A stretch of DNA of 64,000 bases. It comes from Octopus sinensis. Its lineage: Eukaryota. The notes under the pieces were generated by a model. The model worked only from the letters and a program-made list of their open reading frames with translations, did no database searches and was not told where the DNA came from. Location of the stretch: assembly GCF_006345805.1 (NCBI RefSeq), contig NW_021835996.1:186001-250000 (forward strand). The letters are read 5' to 3'. Below, piece after piece: positions 11,635 through 24,757 of this stretch (position 1 is the stretch's first letter; the number at the start of each line of letters is the position of its first letter). The position numbers and the translations under genes are program-made.

Positions 11635-11895
11635 TTATTCATTTTTGTGGTAATATCCGTTAAAAATGGCAAGTCCAATTAGGAGTTTCAATAAAATGCC
11701 AATGTTTGTTTTTTCGTTAGAAAATTCATTAACATATGACAATAATTCTCTGAAACGAGTGAGAATCAATCCCTTGCTTAATCGTCTTGTGTCACAATGT
11801 AAAGGTAGATCATCATTGCATCGACTTCTAGAAAAGTCAAAATAATATTTATCAGGCATTGGCTCGAATAGAATTAATAATTCGGTGGTCTGCAT
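11635..11895 (-). pseudogene. hAT transposase remnant
   Basis: Seen: HCDTRRLSKGLILTRFREL, resembling the hAT H-x-E-V-R-W-L-S-R-G...RF motif. No TIRs. Confidence 0.55.
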
Positions 11896-12195
11896 AACAT
11901 AGTTAAAATTTAATATTTTCCCACATAATGTATGTTGGAAACATTAAAAAATCAAAAAGGTGAAAAATAGATTTAAATAACTGGAGAGCATGATGGTCGA
12001 AGACAAACAAAAGATAAAAACTACTAAGGAAATAAATTCAAGTTAAAATAATTTGAATAATGTTAAATAAATTTAGTTTTTAGAATTTTTTAGAATAGTT
12101 CATACAAAATAAATTGTTTTTGAATTATTAATAAAATCAAATAACCCTATTGATAAGTCAAGTAGGCATCCGTTTGTAGTAAAAAAAACTTTTAG

Positions 12196-12920
12196 ATGGA
12201 TATTAAGGACATTTCAATTGTTCCTGCTACTGACTCGAAGTATGTACAACTCCATAGAATGAATTTTATTCATGTTATAAACAATATAATAAAAATTTAT
12301 AGAATGGAGTAAAGAGATATTGGGATGTTATTATCGGACACGAAGCGTTTATTTAAAAATTCAAAAATTTAGGGTTGCTGCTTTAATTTTTAACAAGACA
12401 ACGGAAAAGTTGGTATTTGTTAAACAGTTCAGACCAGGTATATGAAATTAATAGTTTTAGGGGTATACCTCAATGAGATATGCCGGAAGAGACAACACAA
12501 ATTAAAAGTGAACGACAAAATAGACTCAAATGAAGCCTGTCTATCAGATGGATATACAATTGAACTTTGCAGTGGACTGGTCGATAAACCTGGAAAGAAT
12601 CTCACAGAAATCTGTGCAGAAGAAATTTTGGAAGAATGTGGTTATTGCATTGCTCCCGATCAATTGGCTTTCATAAATTCCACGTTCTTTATTTTATAGA
12701 CGACTAAAGGATTTCTGCGTCAGGAGTGAAACTAACATTATTTTACGCTGAAGTAAACCAAGAAAATCACGTTTCTTTTGGTGGAGGGGTTGATGACGAA
12801 TTCATTCAGGTGATGGACATGTCAGTCGAAGAGGCGATGGAAATGGCAAAGAATGAACAAATCAACAAGCCAATATCCTTACTTTATTGTTTGACGTGGT
12901 TTGCTCAGAATCATCTCTAA
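12196..12920 (+). CDS. NUDT14: UDP-glucose pyrophosphatase (Nudix hydrolase), 4 introns of 23-29 nt
   Basis: Seen after splicing: MDIKDISIV...NGVKRYWD...LVFVKQFRPGVY...GYTIELCSGLVDK...EEILEECGY...GGGVDDEFIQV. Matches NUDT14 family motifs. Confidence 0.9.
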
Positions 12921-13435
12921 TATAATATTTTGAGGAATAAAACTAATATTTACGAATCTTAACTAGGAAGAGAAATGATAAACAAGCCAACTTTAACTAT
13001 CTGAATAATTAGTTTGCAATGCTAAAATAATCAGAAGTTATTGAAAGAATGAACGGTCCGTCTGCGTAGTGATGACCAGACCAGCACCTGATCGCATAGT
13101 TAAGAATTTACAACATAGTATGTTCAAAGTCATGTCCACGTTTTTTAATGACGACACTGGTTTTAATCCTATGGTGAACAAAAGAGAAGTACGCAAGGAA
13201 GAAAGAGATTCTTGAATTTTAGTCTTTTCTGTCACAAACCAGGCACTTTTCACTCTTGAAAGAAGAAGGTATTTCCATCAGCTTTTTTTTTTGCCTCAAT
13301 TAAGCCCAAACAATAAGGAAAATCTGTTGTGAAACTTTTCAGGATCAAATAATTAGTTTGTTAATTCAATAAAGTTATATTTAATTGAATGGGAATACAA
13401 CTTTTTATTAATAAATTTTAATTCTAACGTGAAGC

Positions 13436-14462
13436 ATGCTAAGAAAATGTAACTCGGCAAGTTTAAAAAATATCTTTTCTTTACAGTAAGCTATTAAAAT
13501 ATATGATTAGTCTCTGAAGGTTTCTCAGGACTAAATGGTATCTGCCGCCTGAAGAAATGGAGAACTTCAGATTGTCAAAAATTGCTGGAAGGTTCAATCC
13601 CTCTTATTCGGAAAATGTCACTAAAAAATATAATAACGAAGAACTGCTACAAATCAGTCAAAAACTGTAAAAATTGTAAAAAAACTAAAAGTGATGGTTA
13701 TGTCGAGTTCTTGCCTACTCAGAACAAGATTCATCGGGATTCCCTTTGCGAGAAAATTGAACGTCGTGACATGATAATGCGACGTTCTGTCATAAAAGTG
13801 CCAACTTTCTACGTAGGTAATTAAATTTATGATTTGTAGGAAGTATCATGTCGGTTGTCGTGGCCGATAAAGGTGCTCCTTCCAAGTCAACGCGGTTTTT
13901 GGGAATATGTATACAGCGAAAGGGATATGGGCTTAGACATAACTTTACTTTAAGAAACGTCATTGACGACTTGGGTTAGTATTGGTTTTCATTTTTAGGA
14001 GTTGAAATTATGTATGATATGTATAATCCATGCATCCAACAGATCGATGTGATAAAACTTGAAAAAAGACTTGATGGCCATCTTTTATATCTTCGGGATG
14101 CTGATTTGTCTTATAGCTACTTTCCAGAAGATATGAAACCAGTTTTTTTATCACCAGATGCTCCTGTTCCAGTGAATCCGTTAAAAGTTACTTTAAAATC
14201 GACTCCCTGGACAAGTTATTGGGAAATATACGGACTCAAAGGAATAACTCCATTAACTATGACTCCCAGAATGGATAAACGAGTAAAGAAAAATCGAAAT
14301 GTTTGGTCGGAGTTCGATCTTATGGATAAATATCGAGAAAGCATTCCCTTGGATGAGCAAATTGAGATATACCAGGATATTTTGCGTTTGGAGGCGGATT
14401 ATCCTCCCAAGGGAGTCGTCTTGGATTTGAAAGATGTCCGGAAGTATTCTAAATGGGAATGA
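13436..14462 (+). CDS. MRPL19: Mitochondrial ribosomal protein bL19m
   Basis: Seen after splicing: EFLP...IERRDMIMRRSVIKVPTFYVGSIMSV...[38 protein letters not shown]...LEKRLDGHLLYLRDA. The N-terminus looks like a presequence; exon 1 is tentative. Confidence 0.9.
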
Positions 14463-15152
14463 TTTTTGATTTTATTAACTTGGTGTAGTTTTATTCGTAT
14501 TTAAACGAGACCTAATCTTAGTGCACTTGTCGGCATAAAAAATATGATAAGAGAGGTATCTGGGTACAGTAAAGGGAGAATTAACACGAAATGTGTGAAA
14601 GGAGGATGAAAATTGTATTATTTATACATTTGGTGTAAAGATATAACTGAGTTAAAGAGTCTTTAATGGATATCAAAAGAAGTATTATTAATAATATCAC
14701 CGGCAAGCGTGGAAATACGTTTTTTCCTGAGATTGGGACCTAAATCTACAAAAAGACAAAGAACCGGGAATGTAAAAGACAAAATCGAGAATTTTGAAAA
14801 TAGAGGAAATTTATTTAAAGTGATAAATGGACAATGAATCACAATACATAATTACGGATTGATTGAAGTCGAACCGTGTGAGTTTAAGACCATTGACTAG
14901 AGAATTTAAAGTAGAGTAACAAATTTACAAATTTGTCGATATCTTTCAAACAATAATTTCAAAATAAGTAATTTCAAAATTTACATATTTCACACAGTTC
15001 AGTCGATTTAATATTAAAATAGGAGTGAACACGACACTGCAAACAAACACTACTGTCATAAACAAATTTCGGTCGGTGTGCTTTCGAGAATTGCTATTCA
15101 ATACGCAGCGCGACGTCGTTGAGCTGAGCCTTAGGCTCTCGACTAATTTCTT

Positions 15153-18100
15153 GTTGTTGTTGCATAACCCCGATCTCACATTAAGTTATGAGACCAGCAG
15201 CTTGCAGAAACAACAGCGCCCTCCCAGGTTGCTCCCATAGGACCTCCGGGGAGTGAATGGCAAATTTTTTACGGAGCGAAAGAAGACCAGGACAGCGGAA
15301 TAGATGGGCGGTTGTGTGCTCGTCAGCATGGCAAATGGGACAAAAGGGGGAGATCGAGATGTCCATTTTGTGTGCATAGTGGTTTAATGAGGAGTGATGA
15401 CCAGAACGGAAACGAGCCAAGTTTGTCTGAGCCGAACGGTCGAGAAGCAATTCAGAACAGTGAACGTCAGGAGGAGGTTTATTGAGTACAGAGTTAGGCG
15501 TCAGCTTAAGAATAGCTGACGTAGATATCGAATCATGAATTCTCTTCATTGGATATAGATATTGGTGCAGGCCATCAACTTTAGCAAGGATCCGGAAATA
15601 TAGATTCGCCGGCGTGTTCTTCACTGAACGGGAATTTCCGTTTGGCACATTTAAAGCAGAACATGGATGATACGGAATTCGAGATGCAAATAAAAATTGC
15701 GTTCCTCTCATATTTAGATGATCTTCAATTGGCAAATTATCAATTGGGGTTGATTTCAGACACCCAGATATTGTGCACATGGCCTTGTTTTGTACTGATT
15801 GAAGTGTCATTGTCGAGTTTATGGATAGGCAGGGCGCCCAGCTTGAACTCACATAACTTAATATGGGCCGTATGTATTGTCTGTAAACTCGTTTGAGGAG
15901 TGGCTTCTGAGCGCCTGTAATGTGACCACTTAATGCTTTTAGTATGTTTGTGTGTTTGTTTGCCTTGTCAGAAATGTTAGAGGCATGCTTGTTGAAGGAC
16001 ATAGTTGGATCAAAAGTAAGGCCGAGGATAGTAGGGTTTTTGCATAGTGGGAGGTCAGAACCAAAGAGAGATAACTTCGGGTGAAGGTTTGATTGTCTTC
16101 TGTCGAAAGAAAATATGGTGACCGATGATTTCGAGGGCGAAGCCTCGAGTCTGTTTTCAATGAACCAATTCTCAACGGAGTATAATTGTTTCTGGATGTT
16201 GAGAGAGGCTGATATATAATCTGCGTGTTTAGAAGCAATGATAATGTCATCTGCGTAAGATAATGTCAAGTTGTTTTGGTCATTAGCCGGAAAGTCATGT
16301 AAATATAAGTTGAACAGGGAAGGGGACAACACAGAACCCTGCGGTACCCCATTTGGAAGATAGCGTTGTTTTGAACAGTGGTCCATAAGGGAGACGTATT
16401 CCATTCGACCCGATAAGAAGTTTGCAAGCCAGGATTTGAGGTTTGAGTTTAGGTCTGTCTTTAAAATTTTGTTGATGAGTCCACACCGAGGGACGCTGTC
16501 AAACGCCTTTGAGACATCGATTGAAACTAGTACTGTTCGTTTTGGGGGTCTCTTCTCATTGAAGCCGTCCAGCACAGATTGCGAAAGTGTTGTTAAGTGA
16601 GTAGTTGTTGAGTGCAGTGGTTTAAAACCATGTTGAGTATGGGAAGTTGGCAAATGTTTGGATATTCGGGCAAGGATTAGTCTTTCAAGGATTTTAGCTA
16701 GCGTGCACAGAAGAGAGATTGGGCGGTAGGAACTTGGAATGCCAGCCGGTTTGTTTGGTTTGATCAATGGAATGATACATGATTTCTTCCAGAGGGATGG
16801 TATTTCGTTTTTCGCAACAGAATTGTTGAAAATAGAGACTATTGCTTTGATAGCATTAGGGCCTAGTCTTTTGAGATGATAGATTGAAATGTTGTCAGGG
16901 CCAGTTACAGGGGAGTTTTTGGAGTTTTTAATGCATTGCGAGACTTCCTCCGCAGTGAAAGGCGGCATAGAATCTTTGCCATATTCTAAGAGATTTGGTT
17001 ACTTCTAAGAGATTTGGTTACTTTCCGGTCGTTTTTGTTAGATGTTTTGTGACTTAATGAAGTGTAATATTTCATTAGTGTGTTAGCCTGCTGAACCGGA
17101 TTGAGTGGCGTATCTGAACGGGGACGAGAAACAACAGACTCATGCGATTTTGGCTTTTCGAACATCAGTTCATTCATCCCTTTAAGGGTTGACCAAATTT
17201 TGGAGGAATTGGATCTGTAATCAATAGAAGCAATAAATTGACTCCACTTCGAGTCAATATGCCGATTTATGGCAGCAGTGATTTGTTTGTTTAGATTCCT
17301 CAGTTCTATAAAGGACACAGCAGATTGTCCATTTTCCCGTTTCAGTTTGTTACGGGTCTTTATAAGGGCGTTTACTTCGTGGCTGTAACTTTGGGAGAAA
17401 TTTTGTATAATTCCTTGAGGAATGAATTTTTTGGAGGTGGAGATGATAAGTGCATAATTGACTGCTGCGTCAGTCGAACGGAAGTTGATAATGTCGAAAT
17501 CATTCAATGATTTTTCTAGAGCGAGACGGTAGTCGTCCCAGGAAGCTCTTTTGTAATTCGTATAACAACGCCGTTGAATGTCGATGTTTGATTTTAGGGC
17601 ATTCTCAATAATAATCAAGTTGTGATCAGAATTTAGGTCGTAAATGACCTTCCAAGAAGTAACAGGGGCCAGAATTGGAGTACACAGCGAACCTGGTAGT
17701 TTTCCGAAGCTCCTGGGTTCGAATCTCACAGTCATCGTTTCGGCCGAAGGTTCCATGCATATTACATGCAACCCGGATTGACGAGTGACGCCGTCAACAG
17801 TGATACACCACTGCGGAACCGGATGTCTACATCGCCACAAGCGAGAAACACAGAATCAGCAGAGACCTCGTTCGGATTCCCCTCGTTCGGATTAGCTAGT
17901 TACTAAATAACATGTTCTCTCTCTGTGTTGCACATGCGGGGCTATAAACATTATGGCTTTCGTGAAAGTGCTATAATAAATAATAAGCGAGATGTCAGGA
18001 GAAGAAATTGCGTCGCCTTTCCTTGACGGTGTTCTGGTGTGAGATGAGGGATTGTTGAGGATAACTAAACCATCAGCTTGGTCGAATAGTAGAGATCCTC

Positions 18101-18781
18101 TTGAGTTGAGAGATTGATTTTTTAGCCATATTGGGCTCTTTGCGTTCATATCACCACAAATAATGACATTTTTGAGGGACTGGAGGTTTTGAATAGAAGG
18201 GGTCCATTCATGAGGACATGACGAGTGAGGAGGTATGTACATATTGATGAGTCTCCTGGTTGATGACCCTGTAGAGACAGTTATAGCTGTCATTTCAATC
18301 ACTTGGTCGTTGCCAATTAGCGAGCAAGCTTGGGAGGTACAGTTAGTGAACGGGATGGATTTTTTGATAAGAGTTAGTAGGCCACCCCCATTTACGGAGC
18401 CCGGTCTGTCCCGACGGATGTAAGAATAACCAGGGAAATCTGGCAAGCGATTTTTGGCCGAGAGCTTCGTTTCTTGCACCAAAGCAATGTTTACGTCGTG
18501 CTTCTCCATGAAGGAATAAAGTTCAGCAGTCTTCTGAGCAATTCCACTGATGTTGATCTACAAGATACGCAATAGGTTCTTCTTGCTGGGGCCAGGATTT
18601 GGTTCAATGTTTCCGGAAAAGAGAAGGGTAGTTTGATAAGCAAAGAGGTCCTTGGGAGCAACGGCTTCGCGCCTGCTCTGCTGCCACCGACGTCGCGGAA
18701 TCGATCCGATCCGAGTAGTTGTGGGTCTTTTCGTAGTATAAAACTGTCATCTTCCACCGCGAGAAGGTGACCACATCGACA
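15153..18781 (-). mobile_element. Non-LTR retrotransposon (I/Jockey group): 2A-like motif, APE endonuclease, RT, CCHC knuckle; 5'-truncated and disrupted
   Basis: Seen: APE (VQETK, GDMNA), RT (YRPISLL, GVPQGSVLSP, YADD), CPIC...H...C, (CAA)n tail, and TSD gactaatttctt at 15141-15152 and 18782-18793. Lesions: a TAG before the APE, a 19-bp duplication near 16986 and a SINE insertion. Confidence 0.92.
17691..17985 (+). mobile_element. tRNA-derived SINE-like insertion, probably 5'-truncated
   Basis: Seen: 295 bp absent from the second LINE copy, 5-bp TSD agcga, B-box GGTTCGAATC at 17716-17725 in a T-arm-like hairpin, and an ataataaataata tail. Confidence 0.7.
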
Positions 18782-19133
18782 GACTAATTTCTTAGCTAGC
18801 GTCTAATTTTGTTTTTGGACTTTTATTACCTCACCAATAGACAAATCACTATAATTTCTATTTGAAAAATTATAAATAAATGTTTCTTCCAGGAAACACA
18901 TAGAATATATCACAATCAGAAAACGCTGGAAAGTATCAAGCACAAACATTGGTTGAAAATTGAAACAAACTGTTCAGTAAAAGAATATGAATTTATCAAT
19001 TCAAAAAGTCAGTTTGTTCACTTTCTTGTCCAGGAACAATCATTTTTATAGTAAAATTCGAATTCATAAGCAAATTTAAAAAATAGTTGAAAAAGAAAAC
19101 ATTAGTAATTTCACGCACACATTGAGAATTAAA

Positions 19134-20269
19134 CTAACTCACAACTGAATGTACATCAGTCTTGTTGTAAAGAAGATCAATTAAACTTGGCGAATTTATT
19201 CCACGCAAGAAATTCTATGAAATAAGGAGAACTGAGCACACATGAATATATGTAAACGTATCAGCCGAGTCATCCAGTTCATAATCGAAAATATTCATTA
19301 ATTTAAAAAGCTTAATGATCAAAGCAGTCCTTTCTAATCTAATTTTGAACATAAATTTATCCACCTTTCAGGTCCAGTAGATTGGAGAGTGCAGCGAAAA
19401 ACGTCTTTTGGATCATTTACAAACAAAAGAATATTCGAAAAATATCGGGAAGAATTTAAAAGACTATATTCCCCACGATTGATGATATCCTCGAAAATTT
19501 TCATCAAAAGTGGACCAAATCGTTCGTCTTCTGGCGAAAATTGAGACACAAGCCTATCTAAAACTCTCTTATGAAGTCGCATTTCGAGCAATTTCTTTCG
19601 AAATTATTTTACAGGAACTGACCTCGATTTTATACGGCAAAAACAGAGACGGAATGGGATATTGGTGCGAAGAATTGGGATAAAATATAGATTTATACCG
19701 ATCCATCTCAGTGAGAGATGGAGTTCGAAGTGTCCCGTCAATTTCTCTCTTCACAATAAGAGGAGACTATTATAGTCATATTTACAACACATTCTCTTTA
19801 TCGAGCTCAACAAACACACAACTGTGTTTTGAAAAAGACGAAATTTCGGGATCTTGAGACAAAATTCTGGGCTCGATTATACGAGGAGGGACGATAGGAA
19901 CTGGCTGAAGCTGTTTTCTGAGTCTATTTTTAGCAGCAGCCAACATCTATAAATATTCACTTTCTACTTAGACAAACATTGGTGTAATCTTCCGACGACA
20001 TCAGAACTAATTTCGACCGATTTTTTCCTCCCATTTTTCTCAATTTTGTGTAATCCACGTCGGTTTGGTTGATTTGGAATAATAGAGTATTAATTTCTTT
20101 GTTCTTGAACCAATTGATGGCATCTTTAAAAGAATCCTTGTCCAGAGAGACGCCAATTTTGCAATAATTTCGAGATGTGTTCTTAACTGAGGTAAATGAT
20201 TTTTATCAATTATTTTAATTAAAAATATCATTGGAAAGAATAATAAGAACCTAAAGTAAAAACACGCAT
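19134..20269 (-). CDS. MRPS22: Mitochondrial ribosomal protein mS22 (copy A), multi-exon
   Basis: Seen after splicing: MLAAAKNRL, LIVKREIDGTLRTPSLTEMDR and QFSPEDERF...FEDIINRGEYSLLNSSRYF, matching mS22 motifs. The last exon and stop are tentative. Confidence 0.8.
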
Positions 20270-21009
20270 GTACTAATAAATATTTTAATTGATACAAAAA
20301 TTAATATATATAAATTCCAAATTCAATATTTTGTTAATTTAAAATTAATTAGATTACAATATGTTAAACAAGGCCAAGCCCGAATGCTTCAATCTACTTA
20401 CTAGCAATATTAGAGCGTATCGTTTGCAGAGTTTTGTACGTTTCTCGTCCTTGGCGTTTCAGATTCTAAATTAAAGAGAGAATTTTTATTTCCGGTTCCC
20501 CTCTGTCCTGCCATATTGTTTCCACGTCTATTCATCTAGAAGCCTTCTCCATGTCTCGTTTTTGTTGCATTAAACGAGTTTTCTCTCTAGCATCGATGAC
20601 TGCGTAGGCTAGTTTGATGAATCGTTTTCCCCGTGAATATTCCATGTCAGTCAACATAGGTCTGTCCCATTATTCTTCGTCGTTGTTATACACATGCCTT
20701 CCTATATGGAGTCAGTATATTTTAGTGTTGTTCTTGTTGGCGATAGACAAGTACTCTACCTCGAAGATGTCCTGAAATATTCGGTCCAGACTGGAAGTGC
20801 AGTTGATGCCTACAAAGAACAGACAGAGGATATGTTGTGAATAAGGACATGCTTTGAATTGCTCGAACTGCTCAAGGTCCATAAAAAGTCAATTCGGAGT
20901 GGAAAATTCGATAAAAGTCTCCAGTCCTCACAGCGTGGTGACCACTCTAGTCAAAACAGAATCGAGTTTGCAGTAGCATTTGCTATTGTAGCGAATATAT
21001 GTTTTCCAT

Positions 21010-21380
21010 TTACAGTTTTATCATTTTTGAACTTAATGGAGGCATTCATGTCTGTATGGCCAAGTAATACATCCAAGAACTAATGATCTTGTTTCAAGAC
21101 ACTCAGTTCAGTTATCCCCAGTTCAGTGCTGTCTTGGAATGCGCAATCACAGCCAAGGAATGCGGTGGGCATATTATTTCAGTTATAACTTTGATAATAT
21201 ATTTAGGATGGAGGTTGCGTATGTCCTGGAGACATTGTAAAAGCTTTCTCCGCTGGAGCCAGCTTTGTTATGATTGGTGAAATGTTTGCAGGGTACAATG
21301 AGAACGGAAGCGTAACCGAAACTGCTAACTCTTCTACAAAAACGATGTTATACCATACAGATCTCCAGCAAACACAATAA
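21010..21380 (+). pseudogene. GMPR: Degenerate GMP reductase (GMPR/IMPDH family) remnant, copy A
   Basis: Seen: SYPQFSAVLECA...GHIIS|[24 protein letters not shown], matching GMPR. The active-site loop is altered, the C-terminus is short, and no clean N-terminal exons were found. Confidence 0.65.
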
Positions 21381-21964
21381 AATATGGAATTGATTTAAGT
21401 GAAAAAATAGTTCCCACAAACAGTCACAATTGGAGAACGTGTCTTGTGTTAAGTACACAAAATGCCTTATAACTTATAAGTCTTATAAGTTATAAGACTG
21501 GTGCTATGTCATATCGTCCGTTTCTTATAAAGTCAAACTTTTGCTCTCTGCAACTAAGCCAGTCAACACCCGCGAGTATTTTGGAACCAGAAATTGGTAA
21601 AAGAACATTTGTTTGTTGAACCCACAATGTAACGATCAGAAGATTAATGCAGTAGTGAAGGAAAACAAATATATTTTAGTTTTTTTAATACTTTTAGAGT
21701 AAACTTTGAATACTTATAGGACAAAGAAGGCTCTTCTTTTTAGAACGTATGGCCAATGTGGAACTACAATTTTGAGAATTACATAAAGTCAGTTTTTGAA
21801 TGGACAATTGTTTCCAAATTACAATACTTAGATATTCCCAATTTGACCAATAATTCTTCAGCAATGGTTTCCTGATAAATATTCAATTTATTCGGATCTT
21901 ATAAAAATGATTTAATTTCATAAGAAAGAATTTTTTAGAAAAATGAAAAACAGAAATTTATAAA

Positions 21965-22706
21965 TCAGAAAGAAGCATTCCAAAGGCCATCCCCAAGAAA
22001 GTGAATCACCTCAATGGCAACTCCTTTATTTATTTTTAAACTTGAAATAATAAAAAAGAACACAAACATGTCCTGACTACTCATCCTGGTACGACCAATT
22101 GCAATCGAATGTTCTTTGTCCTCAACTTTGATTGAATAAAAGTTAAGGAAATTAACTGCATAGTATTAAGTAATTTTAAATAAGTTTAAAGGATACGACA
22201 ATTCTGCCCGCCGGCACATCCGAAATGGATCCCCCGGGAGAGGTAAGGCCAGGACACATGATATTTGCCCCAGCAAAAATAAAAGGCACAGCGCCGAGAT
22301 CAACTTGCATTTCCGGCAATAAAAAAGGATCTCCTTTTTACAAATATAAAAATACATCTGTGGAGCAGTCTCAATGTGGGGTACAACTTGTCTCTTATTT
22401 TGAAAAACAAATGTGAGCCATCCTCGTCGATGATTACTTCCACGTGATCTGAACTAATTAAAACTAAATATTTATTCATTTTACCATTTTACGAGTTTTG
22501 CTTTTGATTTTTTGTGCAAAATTGTTTCCAAATCATCCACAAATCGAGGATAGGATTTTATAAGCTGTTCTCTTATCGACCTAAGAGTTGTGGATCCAGC
22601 GATATTCATGCTAATTACGGACTCCGAAGGCGAAAACCTGCGTTTTTATTGTAAAGTATATTAAATTTAGTATTAAAATTTTATTTTTATATCACTTTTT
22701 GAACAT
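21965..22706 (-). CDS. MCTS1: MCT-1/Tma20 PUA-domain translation reinitiation factor (copy A)
   Basis: Seen after splicing: MFKKF...YPTLRLLH...QVDLGAVPFIFAGANIMCPGLTSPG...NKGVAIEVIHFLGDGLW. Confidence 0.92.
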
Positions 22707-22879
22707 GTTTCTGCTATATCCAAAACCACACAAGTCTTTAGTCGTCGAGACTATTTCTTATTATAAATTACAAAATAATTAAAACATTTCTAATTATAAA
22801 GAAACTGCACAAGATCTGTTTAAACAATCAGAAATAACAGAAAGCATTCATTCTCGTTAAACATGAGCTTTGCAGTCGT

Positions 22880-23306
22880 TTTTCCACCGTTTAATATCCG
22901 GTAGAAACGTCGCCGGTTGAATTCAAAGGACCAAGTTTGTTTCCGGAATTCTTTCCTTGTTTCATTGAGTCGTAGTTTTACTCAACAATTTATATTTTGT
23001 CTCTAATATAAGCGTTCCTTTTGCTTCCACGTCCATTTGTTATTCTTAGGAGAATGTTTTGTATTTCAGCTGTGTGGCATAAATGATGTCAGTGATATCA
23101 ATCAAAGTAAGAGGAAGGGTGGTCTTTATGTATTCGCTAATCAATGCATTTATTCCAGGCAATATCTTTTTTAAGTAATTGAGATAGGACTTTTGAGGTC
23201 AGCTTCCAGATATTTCAAGGAATACACTTTACTTTCTCAATCAGGAAAGAAAATTTATTTGAACATTTTCTAAAATTAGAAATTTAACCATGTGATTCTT
23301 TTCTTG
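22880..23306 (-). pseudogene. Fragment of an R2/R4-like retrotransposon, present only in copy A
   Basis: Seen: FRKQTWSFEFNRRRFYRIL resembles QYGIINWKFELNRWSFYRNL of the element at 37715. The segment is absent from copy B near 50063. Confidence 0.5.
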
Positions 23307-23559
23307 ATTGGAAGGTTAGAATCTGTTCCCAACATCTACCAGACACTTCAAATTCGCCACAAACTTTGACATAAAGAACATTCCGTTAAAAGCCCGTGTG
23401 ATCATTCACCACATGAAATCCTTTTAAATTTTACTTAAAACACGTTAACCACTTCATTCACCAACTTGATGAACTGCTTTGCCTGATAGCCCGTGAAATT
23501 AGACGGCATCCGAGTGTGACACCAGACTGGGGTAACAGATTCTTGGCTCCAAGTAGCCG

Positions 23560-24226
23560 AATGGTTACTGCTAAACGAGAGGAGGCGAATTAACGAAGAC
23601 CGTCCTTCCACGACGGGAGTAAGCGCCTACATCTCTCCCCACTGGGCCAGTTCAATTTTCCCTCGCCGTATTAAGATTTGGTAAACTTTCAGAACAGCAA
23701 CACCACAGTCGGAATAGAATATACAAAGAATTTGTAATGCGACAGCACGAACTAAACGACCTCATCAAAGTGACTAGTTTTATGAACAAACACAGCAACT
23801 GGAATATACGGATAGACGGTTCGGGTACGATGATTACCATCGTCCTTTCCATTGCTCATATGCTCACGATGACCCGTGTTCTCACTTCGTGTGAGTTATT
23901 GTTTTGAGCCCTGAAAGGCACAAGTGTTGCCAATGTGAACATGATGGATGCTGTCAGCAACACCAGCAGGCTTCCCATCCACCAATTGTTTATCCTCAAC
24001 ACACCGAGAACTCCCCGTTCTCTTGTGTTCCACTGCAAGGAAACACTAATTTGAGGAAGAGCGGTATTGTGGGGTAAAAATGTCAGATTATTACGAAATG
24101 ATGGTCATGCAGAACGCCCAGATGAACCAAATGAACATGCAAAAACTAATGATTGGTTCCATTCCTGGACGAGAAGTATTTGAGTATGTTCAAATCTCAG
24201 AACAAGTCAGGACACACGTGCATTAA
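23560..24226 (+). CDS. Putative DUF4587 (C21orf58/PRR29-like) gene, multi-exon; boundaries uncertain
   Basis: Seen: exon RKS|DYYEMMVMQNAQMNQMNMQKLMI after a 23-nt intron. Knowledge: resembles the DUF4587 EMMLMQNAQMHQ motif. Upstream exons are inferred. Confidence 0.45.
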
Positions 24227-24757
24227 AGGGAATGGTCTTCTCCCACTTGGAGACCTTGATCACCGGTTCTTCAGCCTCCTTGATCTGGTTCTTGAAAGGT
24301 CATGGTTTGCGTGAAAAGCCGGTATTGTAATAAAGTCAATTCATTAAAAAATGAACATGCTGAATTCTCAAAGTCTTGATGAGAGTGGCTACCACCTCAA
24401 ATTTATGACAACGTTAGTGCGACTTAATTCAGAGAGATTTTTTGATATTTTCAAAAACGTTTTTCCATTTCAATCTTGACATCCTTAATGTAATTTAATG
24501 ATTGGAATTGAATTTAGAGTTGATTTGTTGTTAAATACACTTTTTAAATTAGATCAGGAGGTGAATAATGTTAATTGAAGAGATTTCAAGAGAAAGTGGA
24601 GTTTTAAAATTCCAAATGATCGGCTAGACTCTGGGGGCGATATCGCCCACTTTGGGAAACATACAATGTGAAAGTATTAACTTTAAAATTCATTCAAACG
24701 AAATACCAAAAGTTGCACTGCTTATAAAGCTATCAGACTGCTGATAAAAAAGCAATA

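Noticed and set aside
23400-23650. Gypsy integrase remnant on the minus strand
   Set aside because: The similarity is vague and has stops; the plus strand better fits upstream exons of the DUF4587-like gene.
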